This document shows, in pieces, positions 23,791 through 36,027 of a stretch of DNA of 64,000 nucleotides. The position numbers and the translations under genes are program-made. The notes beneath the pieces were generated by a model. It did no database searches and was not told where the DNA came from. It saw only the letters and a list, made by a program, of their open reading frames with translations. Source of the stretch: Moniliella sp. 'wahieum' (Eukaryota); contig RSEE01000163.1 of the NCBI GenBank assembly GCA_003971905.1, positions 1-64,000 on the forward strand, written 5' to 3'. Every line of letters starts with the position of its first letter. Within the stretch, counting starts at the first letter, position 1.

Positions 23791-24897
23791 CTACTCTTTT
23801 GGTGTCATGGCCTTGGCCTGCGCTCGTACCCGTGCGCTAAGTGTCGCCCGAGGCAAGAAGCAAGATCAGGGTCAGTACGACAGCCGGGCCCAGAGCAACC
23901 AACCCAGCCAAACCCCAACAAACCAAACAAAACAAGGCAAAACGCGGTGTGGGTGGCCCCCGCACCGCCACCCGGCAACACAATACAAGGAAGCAAGAAA
24001 AAAAGGGGGAAGGACAAACAGAAGGACAAGGACAAGGACAAGGGACGTACAGGTACTTGGGATGATCATGACGACAAAGCTGTTGTGCCTCGGCCTGAGC
24101 AATATGATGATCGTTGGGTTCGTTCATGAGCGTCTGCACGCCCAGCAAGACATCTTTGACCGTCAACGACGGTCTCCAGCCATTGTCTTGTTGCAGGATG
24201 CTGAGACACACATGGCCTTCCGGGAAGACGTTGGGGTGGAAAATGACCGGCGAAAACTTGCCTGCACCCACGACACCACAGCGAAAGAGAGGTTAGGGGG
24301 TTAGCCAGGGGTCGGAAAGAAAAAGAGAAAAAGAAAACGGGGGGTCTTGGTAAGGGCAACACGCTAACAGGGCAACAGGGAGGCAGAACGACAAGGACAG
24401 GGGGGGTGGGGGTGGAGGGATAACAAACATACAGACGGTGGGCGGGCGGGGTAGTCAGCTGGGAAATGGATGATCAACTTGTACATGCCACCTTCCCAGG
24501 GCGAGCCAGCTTTGCCCGGAATGCCAGCCCAGTTTTGCAGGTCGAGGGAGCCGTCGGGCAGTTTGGTAGGGCGGGCATAAAACCCCTGGTGCAAGGCAAG
24601 CGGAAGCGCCGCATCCCAACGCGACCCCCCATACACAGACAGATACATGCACCGATCGGACGCGGGCAGCCGGGGGGGGGGCGGGGGGGGGGTAGGAAAG
24701 ACCAGGAACAAGCACGGGCCAGGTCAGTCGCCGGCCCAAAAAAAGGCAGCGCAGGGCAAGCCAGGCGCGCCGAAAGGCACAAGACGCGCTAAGGCGCTAA
24801 GGCCGCGGAGAACGTGGAAAATGGGGCGTACAAAGGGATGGTCTTTGCGCCAGTTCTTGCGCTCCTGGGCGAGCCGGTTGCGGCACAGATCGCTCAT
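23791..24897 (-). CDS. UBC9: SUMO-conjugating enzyme Ubc9 homologue; 4 exons (introns ~24586-24831, 24262-24432, 23837-24050)
   Basis: [109 protein letters not shown]...AG introns. Confidence 0.92.
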
Positions 24898-26644
24898 CGC
24901 TCCCGGCGCGGGTGGTGGGGGGTAGGACAGAAGCGATGGGGTGGGAAGGGGAGGTGGGGTTGGGCCACACACACTCTGGCCGCGCCTCGCCTCTTCCACG
25001 GGCAGAATGCTCCTCGGTGCGAGCTGGGCCGAGCCCGCGCCACCAGCGCACCCGTCTCGCCGCTGCTGACGTAATTCGCCATCCTCCTTGCCTTCCCCCT
25101 AGAGCTTGGCGCTTGGCTGCGCTCCTCGGCCTTGTCTTTTTTGACGCTCTCGCCTGCTCTCGCCTACCCAAGTCCCTGGGGGACAGCACAGCGGCTCTGG
25201 CCTCCGCTATCCAAGTCCCAGGCCCAAACACTGCCGACCCGCTCTTTGATCACTTGCGCTACTGGTGCCTGCGAACGCAGCCCACGCGTATGAAGCCTAG
25301 AGTCTAAGCTCTTGAATCTGGAATCGGGAGTCTAGCATCGGGTACGTGTGCTGGGCGGGGGTGGCACCAACTTGTGGATCTAGGGCGATGCGTGGAAAGT
25401 AGGAGAGCGAGGGCGAAGGAGTAGGATTGGCTGGCAACGGAAGCAACGGTGGGCTGATAGGTGGCATGCCAGGCGCCAGGATGGGGCACGCCCACTGACT
25501 TGCGATGTATGGCGACCAGCACGGTATGCTTCGATTGAGGATCTGAGATTCGCCCGACCGCACTGCAAAGAAAGGAAAGGGAGCAGGTGGATGGAGAATC
25601 GACCTCGGCCGCGACGGAAAAGGAGGTGCATACGCCCAAGGCGTGGCATCTGGGTCTGCCGAATGGAGCGATTCGAACGGCGGTGAAGCTGCAAGCTTGA
25701 AGGTTGAAGCCCAAGGCGGCTGAGCCGCAAGTCGCTCTGTCCCATGGCGGAAGCTCTCCATGGGGGTACGGCGAAAGGTAAGCAAGCTACGATGTATGGA
25801 TATGGTGTAGGATGCAAGGCATGCGATAACTAGGCTACGTCTGTGTTGAGCCCACGCGCGGCGTGAGCGTGGCCGGTCGCGGCTGCGCCAAGACCAAGAC
25901 GACAAAAGAGAAAAGAGAAAAAGGAAAGAGCGAAGGTATGTATGAGCAGTTGCCAACCTCTGTGGCCGCACAGCGAGACAGGGAGGTGGAGCATGAAAAC
26001 GTGGGATGGGTTTTGGGATGGGGTAGCAAAAAGGCCGACGGGCCCAATAATAAAAAAAAGAGCCTAGCCCGGCCGCGCCCATTGGCGTTGCGACACAGTC
26101 GAGCCAATCAAACCGAGTAGGCAGAGGGGCGGAGCCACAGAGTGGGCCAGCCACATGGGTGGTGGGGCTAGGTGCGAGAAGAAGCGAGGATCGAGTGGAT
26201 GCGTGGCAAAGCGGGAAAGACAACGAATGAAGAATGCCCCCCCCCCGGTCCAAACAGAGGGTGAGGCCCAGTTCAAACAGGGGGTAGGGGGCGTAGCTTG
26301 AGAGAGGGGGGTAGAGCAAGACGAAAGACGAAACGGAAAGTTGGTTGCTTGAGTGTCTCCGTCGGAGGCCGATGGGCAGGGGAGTATGAGTGGTGAAGAA
26401 ATGGGTGGCCTGAGAAGGCGCTGCGATGTAACGGGGGCTAGGAGAGAAGAGGGGGGCGGTGGTATATGCAGAGCAAAGGCGGGGCGAGGCGGGACGAGGC
26501 AAGGCGAGGCAAGGCCAAGCGAGGCAAGGCCAAGCGAGGGCAAGGGAGGCGAGGCAAGGCGGAGCACGAAACGAAACCGAAACAAGGAGGAGATGCGTTG
26601 AATCCGTCGAGAGAAGGCGCCTGAGCCAGGGCAGCAGCGGGCAG

Positions 26645-26881
26645 CTACGAGCGGAAGCAAGGAGACGAGGGGCTGTGGGCGCTGGAACAGGGCGCGTGCG
26701 GGTGGGGGTGCGCCGGTGCGACGGACGCGGGGTGGTGCAGATTATGAAGCGTCGAGGCAGCGGCGGACGGGTGGCGGGTGACGGGGGTGGCGTTGGTCAG
26801 GTCGGCGTCGCAGAAGACGCAGATGCCGGTCTCGATGCGAGTGACGTGGCCGCACCTGGGGCAGATTGCGTACTTGGCCAT
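26645..26881 (-). CDS. Putative small protein (or first exon) with an N-terminal CxxC-x10-CxxC zinc ribbon
   Basis: accATGG start after a C-rich leader like the real genes here; MAKYAICPRCGHVTRIETGICVFCDADL. Confidence 0.4.
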   Translation of the reverse strand: MAKYAICPRCGHVTRIETGICVFCDADLTNATPVTRHPSAAASTLHNLHHPASVAPAHPHPHAPCSSAHSPSSPCFRS

Positions 26882-29800
26882 GGTGAGCGGATGGGGATAC
26901 AGACGGCAGGGGATAGCGACGACAGAGGGAAGGGGATGGTGGTGGTGGGAGAAGCGAGGCGGCGGGGGGGGCTGGGGCAGGCTAAGGCAGGCGAAGGCAG
27001 GCGGGGGGAGGCGGAGGCGGGTTGCGCGCAAGGGCTGAGGCGTTGCGGAAGAAAGGAGGAACGTTGGGTGGACGGGCGACGCGAACGGCAGCACAGCAGG
27101 CGTCGGCGCCTGGTGTGGCAGTGTGCTGTCCATGTCACATGTCATGCATGCATCCTGTGCTGGGGCGTACGTAGGCGGCCAGTGCCTAGCCAGGCGCCGG
27201 GCTGTGCACTGGCCTGCCGGGCGGCCGCCCCGCGTGGACGCAGCCTGCGCGGACACACTGCATGCATGCTGCATGCCCCGCGCCGCGCCGCACACCGCCC
27301 CCGTGCGCCCTCGGCCCAAAGCAGCGGCTGGCCCGCATGCATCCTCCGCCCCGCCCCAGCTGCCCAGCCAGACACCCGCCGCTCCCTCCGCTGCGTAGCG
27401 CATACGTACGGCCGCTGGCATGCGCTCTGGATGGGCGCATTTCAATGCCACGTTTCATTAATCATTGCCCAATTCGCAATCCCCGACCGCAGCGCGACAG
27501 AGCGCGACCCCAACGCCCGACGCCCCCTCCCCCTAACCACCTGTTTCCTCCCCCCACCATGCCGCCCAGGCGGCGCCCTGGCAGCGCCCGGGCACCAGCC
27601 AGCACATCCAGCCTCGATCACTTGGCAGAACGAGGACCCGCGTCTGGAATTGAATCATTCGCCATTGATGACGTCGATGGCGCGCCCATGACGTAGCCCT
27701 GCGCGACACACGCCCCCCTGCGCCTCTTGGCCCATGCATCGTGCAGCGCCGCTACGTATCGGGCCCCCCGCGTGAGACAGCAACATGGGCCAGCGAACGC
27801 AACTGCTCTCGTGCCTTGCACCTCCCGCGGCTTGCGGCCCCTTCGTGCGGCCCCTTCGCGCCGCCTGTCTGTTGGGGTGTCGATTCTGACAGCGCACAGC
27901 AGGGGTCGAAGGCCATGCCACGTGGTCGGGCGGGTACTAGATGGGACGCGCTGGAAGCTGTACGGCCGGTACGGCCTAAGGCCTAAGGCCATAATGCATA
28001 ACAGATCGTAGCCCCGGCAACAGCAACCAGAAGGCGCAGGAAGCACACCAGAAAGCACGAGCAGCCCACTGGGTACTTGCCTCTCCAGCGCGCGGCACAT
28101 GGCAAGCGGCCAGCTTGCTGCCTTCGACCACCAGGGCCCACAGCGCTCCAGCGCAGGGCGAGGCGTGGGCGCACGAGGCACCGCACCAGCCCGACCAACT
28201 GTCCCGTGGCCGGCTTGCGGCCGCGGCTGAGCGCTGCTCCACCTCAACCCAGAGACACCGGCAGACAGGCGAGCCTCAGCGCCCAGGCTGAGCTCAGCAC
28301 GCCGTGTCAGTCACTAGTCACTAGTCACCTAGTCACTAGAGTCACTTCTTGTGACATGTGACATGTGACTGCGCCACCGGCCGCCCCGGTCGGCCTGGAA
28401 AAAGCGCGTACGAGCTCAGCCCGTCAACGCGTACGCGTAGCGTGCCAACGGGTAACGCGGCAACCCTGTAACATGCAACACGTAACCTCTCTTGGCTGCG
28501 CGCTGCCTAGGCACCGCTGCTGAGTAAAGCAAAGCTTCACGCCCGTCGGAGTCCTGACCCTGACATGGACAGGTCCTGGCCGCCTGACCGGTCTGGGCTG
28601 CGGGAAGAGGTGCTCGAATCAGTCACTACTCATCGAGGACGCGGCGTATGGCTGCTCAGCCGCTCTCAACACATGGCCGGGGGCAGTAGGGCGGATGAGG
28701 GGAGCGCTGCCAAGCACACTCGTTCACGGCCAGCTGTGGCTTCTCAGGGCCGGGTAGGGCTGGGTGGGTGAGCGTTTCCACCAACAGGCACAGTAAGCAT
28801 GTGCTTACGTGCATGGCCTCTCATTCTCCGTCTGTTCCTTTCCCCCTAGAACGCCTAGAACCGCGCCTGGGCAGGGGCCCTGGGTTGGGATGATAGTCTG
28901 CCAGGGTAGCTGGTGTGGATATAGTACAGGGTGGTACGTGCCGATAGGAAAAAGGAGGTGGAATGCAGAATGGCGCGTGGCGAGCTAGCGCAAGGGAATT
29001 ATAGGACCGGAGGGAACGCCGCGGAGGTTACTTTATCGCCTCTTTCTTTCCGAAGGCGCTCAGAGCTCAAAACCCAGGCTGAGCGGCTGAGCCCCGGTGC
29101 TGAGCCTCGGCGCTGAGGCTCAGCAGTGCCTCAGCCGAGCCACTCAGCCGAGCCACTGTATATGCCGACCAGACAGTGCGGGGACAGGTGGGAACATGGA
29201 ACAGGAGACCTGTGGCATGTGAGATCAGTCTGATCATCGCCAAGCCACAAAACCAGAAAAGCCCCGACATTCTCTGCCGGCTGAGTTGCACAGCGGGTCA
29301 AAGGGTCTAACAACTAGTAGCGGAGGGTCCCTTCGGGACGTGCCGCCGCCCACCCTTTTCTGTCAGCCACGCCGCTGCCTTGGCACCGTGGCAAGAACGG
29401 AGCGCGGAACGGGGATCAACGTATCAACGTGATCAGCCTGAGGCAATATCTTCGCACAAGCCACATGCCCCCGTGGGGAAACAAGCCACTGAGCTGACAC
29501 CAATCCAATTGCATGCAATGCGTCCAGGGCTCCCCATCGCTCCTTCCTCTTTCAACGTTCAACGTCCAACGGCAGTACAGGCGGCGCTAACGCTAACGGC
29601 TTGCACGTAACTAACGAGAGAGAGAGAGAGAGAAAAGAGAAGAGAAAAGAGAAAAGTGCACACCACCTCCCCTGTCCAGCGCCCAACCAAGTCCAAAACC
29701 CAAAACCCAACCAGCCGCCCCTTTTTCGCGTGCACCGCGACCCACCTGCGACGCACAGGGGGTGCCGGCTGCGGTTGCGGTTGTACCTGCCGCCCCCTGT

Positions 29801-30406
29801 TGCCCCTGTTGCGTCCCCCTTGTGGTTCCGTTCCTGTTGGCGTCGGAGGATGTGAGTGACATTGGTGCTAAGACCCAGGGGGGAGCCACTTTGGTCCATG
29901 CGGGGGAAAGTGGCGCCCTGTGCGGTGTGCCCCAGTGCGTCACAACACCAGTGGGCCGGTCTCCTTTCAGTTGTGTGGAGTGCTAAGGCGCTACTACTGC
30001 GGCATGTGGAGCCGACCAATAAAAAGGGGGCACTTTGTTAGGCAGACCGAGCAATCTCTGGGTGAGAGGGAAAAGATTGGTCGGGACGGGTCGGGACGGG
30101 TCGGGTGGTGCATACCATGTCATGCCAGGTATGCCGCTTGTGTCGTCGGTCCAAGCCGATGAGAACACGGAGGACCTGAGGAATCATAGTAAAGCTAGGT
30201 TGAACGTTGAGTACGGAGTAGACACCCAGCTTGTCCGCTCAGCTGGCGGCGTTGGGACGAGCAAGGTGGGACAGGCGCCTGCATCTGCTCCTGCCCCGGC
30301 TGGGCGTCGAGGCTAAGGCCAAGGTCGGGCCAGAGCCTGGCGATGAGCACAGCGAGAGCAAGGAGCACGCGGTCTGAGCGCTCAGGCTGAGGCTGAGTCT
30401 CAGCGC

Positions 30407-30490
30407 ACCCCCGTTATGCGGCCCCATGTCGGTCTCTCAGTCAGGTCAACCCCCGTTATGCGGCCCCATGTCGGTCTCTCAGTCAGGTCA
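30407..30490. repeat. Perfect 42-bp tandem duplication
   Basis: ACCCCCGTTATGCGGCCCCATGTCGGTCTCTCAGTCAGGTCA at 30407-30448 and 30449-30490. Confidence 0.95.
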
Positions 30491-30526
30491 GCTACCAATC
30501 AGACCATTTAATTAGTGCTCAGTGGC

Positions 30527-33500
30527 TCAGTCCCGTCCTGTCCTGTCCTGTCCTGTCGTCCAGTCGTATCTGATTTCACTACCAAGGACAAATCCAGGAC
30601 AAATCAAGGGGCTACTTGCCGTATCTGAGATCTGAGGGGGGAGGGGGGGAGGTTCACATGCGCGCCTCGATTGAATATTGACGTGAGGAAGATGGAAGAT
30701 GGATGACGGATGGGGGATACTATAGGATGAGGTGCATGCCTGAGGGGGGCAGGGAGGGCACGGCAGGCACGCCCGCACGCGAGGAAGTAAGCGCACGGAC
30801 AAGCAAGCCGGGACGGAGAGCGCACGAGTACGACTCGCCCTCAAGGTTTCTGGTGCGGCGGGAGGAAGCGGGTCCAGCTCGGTCGCAGACGCGGCGGGCC
30901 CACCTGGCTCAGCTGGCTCAGATGGTTCAGCTGGCTCGGCTGGGGCAGCTTGGTCCGTGGTTAGGCCGGCACCGGGTCCCGGTGGAGACGCAGCAAGCGT
31001 CCGACGGCGGGACAAGAGGCGTGCCGAGGGCTCAAGCAGCTGGGTGGCGGCGGAAGTGCTGCACGCGCGTTTTCCGCCACACCGGTCATCCGAACCAGGA
31101 TGCGAATCAGGATGCGAACCAATATGTCCATGTGCATGGGCATGAGCATGTGTATGGGTATGAGCATGCCGGCTCAGCAACGGGATCTCCGTCCACACTT
31201 CCCTGCGACACAGCGGGCACCCGACCCATCGGCCGCGCAACTTGACCTGGCCCGAGGCGGTGCGGGCAAAGAGGGAGCCAGGAAGTGGGGCGCTGCCACT
31301 GCCACCGGCGGCACACGCTAGGCTCGAGCTGGTCCGGCGCGGGCCAAGCTCGTCCAGCGCAGAAGGTACAGGTGCGGGCGCGGACGAAGGCGCGGACGAA
31401 GGTGCGGACAAGGGCAAAGGGCCAGGTACAGCGCTCGGCTTGGTGGGTGGTCGGCGTGCCAGGGCCAGGGCCCGGGCCGGGCGGAGCGAGCGCGGATCGG
31501 GCGGCGTTGATCTGCACTAGATCCGTGTGAGCGCGAGGGAGAGAAAAGCGGGCTTGGCTCAAGGTGCGTGGTGGAGGCGGGGGCGCGGCGCGCCGCCCCC
31601 ATCCCCATCCCCGTCCCCATCCACACCCATGCTGTCCGAGTCCGACGAGACAGATAGGGGAGCAGCGCCCTGGCGCAGGCCGGCGGGCCACGTGCTGGAC
31701 ATGGTCATAGGTCGTCGCTGCCCACAGAGGAGATTGTACAGTCTTGCCACGTTCGTCTGGCCCGGCCCTGTGGAAGGAGGTGAAGACAGAGACGCCCGAG
31801 GCGGAGCAGGCGTGACGTCCGAGGTGCAGGCGAAGGTGGAGGTTGAGGTGGCCGGCAGACGAAGTTTCATTGTGCTCGTGGGGAACCTCTCCCATTCGCT
31901 CCGAGGGCACCTCGTGCTCCGTTTCTTCCTTTCCCTTCCCTCCTCCTCCTCCTCGTCTGCACTGGCATCGTCCGTGTCCGAGGCAGACTCTGACTCGTCA
32001 AAGTGTGGCTCGTGCGCGATGCGGAGGGAAGTGAGCATGCAATCCACTGGATGTGGTGGTGGCACGGTGACAAGGCCAGCATGCGGCCCAGCACGGTATA
32101 GTCGTCCTCGACCGAGTCGGAGGCGCCCGGGGGCAGGCACCGTGGCAGGCGCTTCATCTGGGTATCTGGGGAAACAGGCTGGAGCATCGCATCGCCATCC
32201 ATGAGCGCGTTCTCGAAAGCGTACTTCCTCTCGCACCGACCGACCCTGCGCGCCTGCGGCCGCCTTGGCCTCGGGGGAGAGGGCGAGGTGGGTGTGATCT
32301 TGGTCCAGGTGCGCACGGCAGAAGGGGCAACTCCATTCGGACGGGCGTGTGGACGCGAGCCATTCGCGGAGACAGGCGGCATGGACAACGTGGTGACCAG
32401 GACAAGGGATGCCGACCACTTGGGCGTCGCGCGCCTCTTGCTCGGACGAAGCGAGCCACGCAGGCCGGTCCTCCTCGTCGTACGGCTCAAGACAGATCCC
32501 ACAGCCTAACGTTGTCGCCGACTGACTCGATCCCGACAGATCCGCAATGTCGCCCATGCCAACCGACTCATCCGGCTCCGCAGCTCCGCATCCACACGTT
32601 CCAAGCCATCGACAACTGCGCCTTGGCAGGATCCGGCTGTTCCGCCGGTTTGCCCCCCCTCCCAGCCAGCATGGCAGAAAGTTCCTCTGGGGTATGCAGG
32701 AAAAGGATCGAGACCCGGAACGGGTGACCCGAGATGAGGTGCCGCAAAGCCTGGCCCGACGGGGGGTCTCGTACGGGAGAGGATGAAGACGAAGAGCGAG
32801 GCCGGGAGGTGTCTGTCGGTGCAGCAGCAGCACCAGCACCTGCTCCGGCCGACCGGGCAGCGCGCGCAGCACGAGCATGCTCGATTCGGCTCCCAGTGTG
32901 GTCCGGGGGGAAGAACGGTGCGACATGGTCGATCTGGAAGCGGACCAAAAGTGGGGTGGAGGTAGACGCGTAGGGACGGTGTTCCTGGGCCAAGAGTTGA
33001 TTGCGGCGTTGAAGAATCACGTCCTCCGACATGGACTGATCGTACTCAAATGGGATGAGCGGCCAGGCGAGCTCGGTAAGCGGATCGTAAAGGCATGCCC
33101 ACGGGAGGGTGCTGGCATTGGCCGGGATAAAGAGCGGGTGGACTGGCATATAGGGTGCATCCACAAACAGCGCCCGCACCGATTCCGCCAGTCGGGAATC
33201 GTCAGGAGCACCGAGGTGAATGCCCTGATGACGAGCCAAACGCACGTCGGCAATACGACGGATTTGAGCGCCCATGGTTGGGACGGGCGAAGGACGTGGG
33301 CATCAGTCGCATCAGATGACGGGACGGTGGAGCGTCTCGGCGCGTGTCGTCGGCAGGAGCAGGAGCAGAAGACGGCTCGGTGGGGCCTGGAGTCTGTTCA
33401 GGTAACAAAGCCGCGGGCTCAGGCTCAGATGCGGGCTGGGGAGTGATGTAGACTCGGGAGGCGCGGCAGGCTCAGGTGTTGCGGTAGACGCAGGTGTTGT

Positions 33501-33878
33501 GGCAGGCTCGGGTGCAGATGTAGATGCGGATGCGGATGCTGATGCTGATGCTGCTGGGGGATGTGACGGCGATGGGTGGGGCAACGAGGGCCCGGGGGAA
33601 GAGGCGCGTGGGGGAGAGCGGGGCGAAGAGGGTGCAGCGAGGATAGGATCGAGGCGGGCGGGGGTGGAACTCGATGATGACATCGGGACCTGCCTGGCGC
33701 ATCTCGGCGGCGGAGAGCGGGAAGAAGATGGGCGGGGGCGGGGCGGAGCCAACATGGCGCGGCTGCGCTCCGCGGCGTGGGCAAGGGAGGCGATCAGGTC
33801 GTCGTGGGCGGAGGCAGGGGAGGGGCGGACGGGGCGGGTCGCCGGGGTCGTCGGGCGGGGGTGGCGGGGGGCCGACAT
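30527..33878 (-). CDS. RING-H2 finger protein (putative E3 ubiquitin ligase); frameshifted, ends approximate
   Basis: CGICLEPY...IPCPGHHVVHAACLREWL...WSCPFCR (~32310-32505), plus a second Cys/His set further C-terminal. Confidence 0.8.
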
Positions 33879-34694
33879 GGCGCAAAGGGGGGAGGAGGAG
33901 GAGGTGGTGGTGGTGGTGCGGGGCAAGCGGGCGTGTGAGAGAGAGGCGGAGGGTTATAGGCGGGTGCGCTGCAACAGACCGCAAGCGCCTGCCGCACCAG
34001 CCAAGCCAGGGATGAGCCTCGGCTGGGCCCGTGGCGTCGGCGCTGCCCCGCCCCGAGGCACTAGGGCGTCTATAAGAGCAACAGCCTTCGATCTGCTTCC
34101 ACCGCACTCGGCCGGCGATAAGTACTAAGTCCCAAGTACAAGTGGCTTAACCCGCCCCCCAGCGCTCGGCCTCAGCAGCTGAGGCTCCTCGCCTTCCCCC
34201 CGTCGGGGCAGTGCGCTTCGTCCAGCTTCGACTCCAAGCGATGTTCGATCCCAACCCCCCCCAACTCCCAGCCGCCCTTTCTCGGCGATTGCGACAGACA
34301 GCGGCCGAGGCAGGCCGGCCGAGGCAGCCCGTAGGGTTCGCCACCGCCCAGCGCAGTCATGTGACCTCCCTCACCGGTGGCGTTGCACCGATCCGCCGGC
34401 GCTTGGTGGGCGTGGCGCTGGGTGGGGGTTGCAGCCACCGCCACGCAGCACTCATCGCTGCATGCATCCGCCTCGCCCGATGGCGGCCAGCGTGCTGCAC
34501 ATGCGCATCTGCCGCGCGGCACCCTGCCCACAGCCTATGTCCTTCCCACCGTGCCCACGCGTCCTTCTCGAGTGTGTATTCGTGCAGATGGATAGCAAAC
34601 GCCAACAATTCAATCGTCCAGTCCACAGCAGCACAGTCCCAAAACCTCACGCATCCGCTGCCTCAGCGCCACCCCGCCGGCCGCACCACACCGG

Positions 34695-36027
34695 TCAGGC
34701 GAGCGCGGCGAGTGCGGAGCGGGTGAGCTGGATCAGTCTTCGATCGTAGGGCGGGCAGCGGGGTCGAGGGTCAAGCAGCGCTGGATGATGGTTCGCGTAG
34801 CGGACGAGTACACGTCTTGGGTTTCGCTGGGCAATTGGTACTCGCATGAGCACGGCCAAGGCGAGTGAACCGCCCTGTCCACGGTCTGGTCCGTCTCAAA
34901 GGGCGAGTGGAGGTAGGCCATAGCATAGAGCACACACCCATCGACCAAATGTCCACTGCTTCGGTAATCGTCGTGTTGGTCTTGACGTCAAACAGTTCCG
35001 GTGCGCGGTAGGGCATGGAAGATTGTTCGGCGGCCAAATCTTGTTCGGCCACCGCTAAACGCCGGGAGAAATCGTCCGACGCGCCTTGATCGTACTTCCA
35101 AAATCGTACAGCAACGGCGTGCCGTCTTCAGCCAACATGATGTTCCCCGGCTTCAAGTCGCGATGCGCATACGGCATCATTCCCCGCCCGTCGCGGTCCC
35201 GGCATCGGCACCGGTACCGGCACTGTCCGCACGCGCCGTCTCGTCGGAATCACGCGCGCGCGAGGAGGTGGGTAGGTGGTCGGTTCGTCCTCGGCAGAGA
35301 TGAGCGGGGGCAGCCGCTCGCCATCCGCCTCGTTCGTCGCTGGCCGAATGACCATGGGGCAGTCGGTTTGGGCCGGCCAGGTCATCGTCCTCATCCGCAT
35401 GAGACGGCGGGTGGATGGCGTGGTGGGAAGCAGAAGGGACCAGGGTCGCGTCGGACGCCGTGTGAAAGGGCAGGCATGTGCCTCGTTGGGCTTGCACGTT
35501 GGGCAGGCGGTGTAGCGGTGCAAGGTTGGACAGCGTGGCAGGTGCCGAGGAAGATGGTGAGCAGTTCCTTTCGCCAAAGCGGGAGCCGCGGACAGTGTGG
35601 GCATGATGGCGTCCTGCACGTTGCCGCGCGGGTAGTAAGGGAGGAAGAGGTAGATGAGCTTGCCCTCGCCATCCTGCACGATGGCCGAGTCGTAGAGGCG
35701 AATGATGTTGGGGGAGGAAGCGCTTGGTGGCATCAATCTCGCGCAACGCTTCGCGAAACGTATCCGAGCCCAGCGCACAGCGGATCTTTTTCAGCGCAAA
35801 CTCGCGCCCATCGTCTTGTCGCGCACGAGGTAGACAAACGAGAAGCCACCCTCGCCCAACAGGCCACCACCTCGTACTGCGCCCATTGAGCTTGAGCGTC
35901 GAGGCGCCCCGACGTGGCAGGGCAGACACGAGCCAAGCGCAAACAGCGCGTCCTGCACGCGCTCCAACACAGCGTTGACAACGCCACCGGCGCTGCCGGA
36001 CAAGGATCCGTACCCGGCTCCAGACAT
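34695..36027 (-). CDS. ENV7: NAK-family Ser/Thr protein kinase, Env7/STK16 type; frameshifted
   Basis: LGSCLPC (palmitoylation-type Cys), LKLNGR, LLGEGGFSFVYLV, FALKKIRC, PNIIRLYDS, LPYYPRGN, HRDLKPGNIM, DFGS, EQDLAAEQSSMPYRAPELFDVK, VDIWS, DPAARPTI. Confidence 0.92.
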
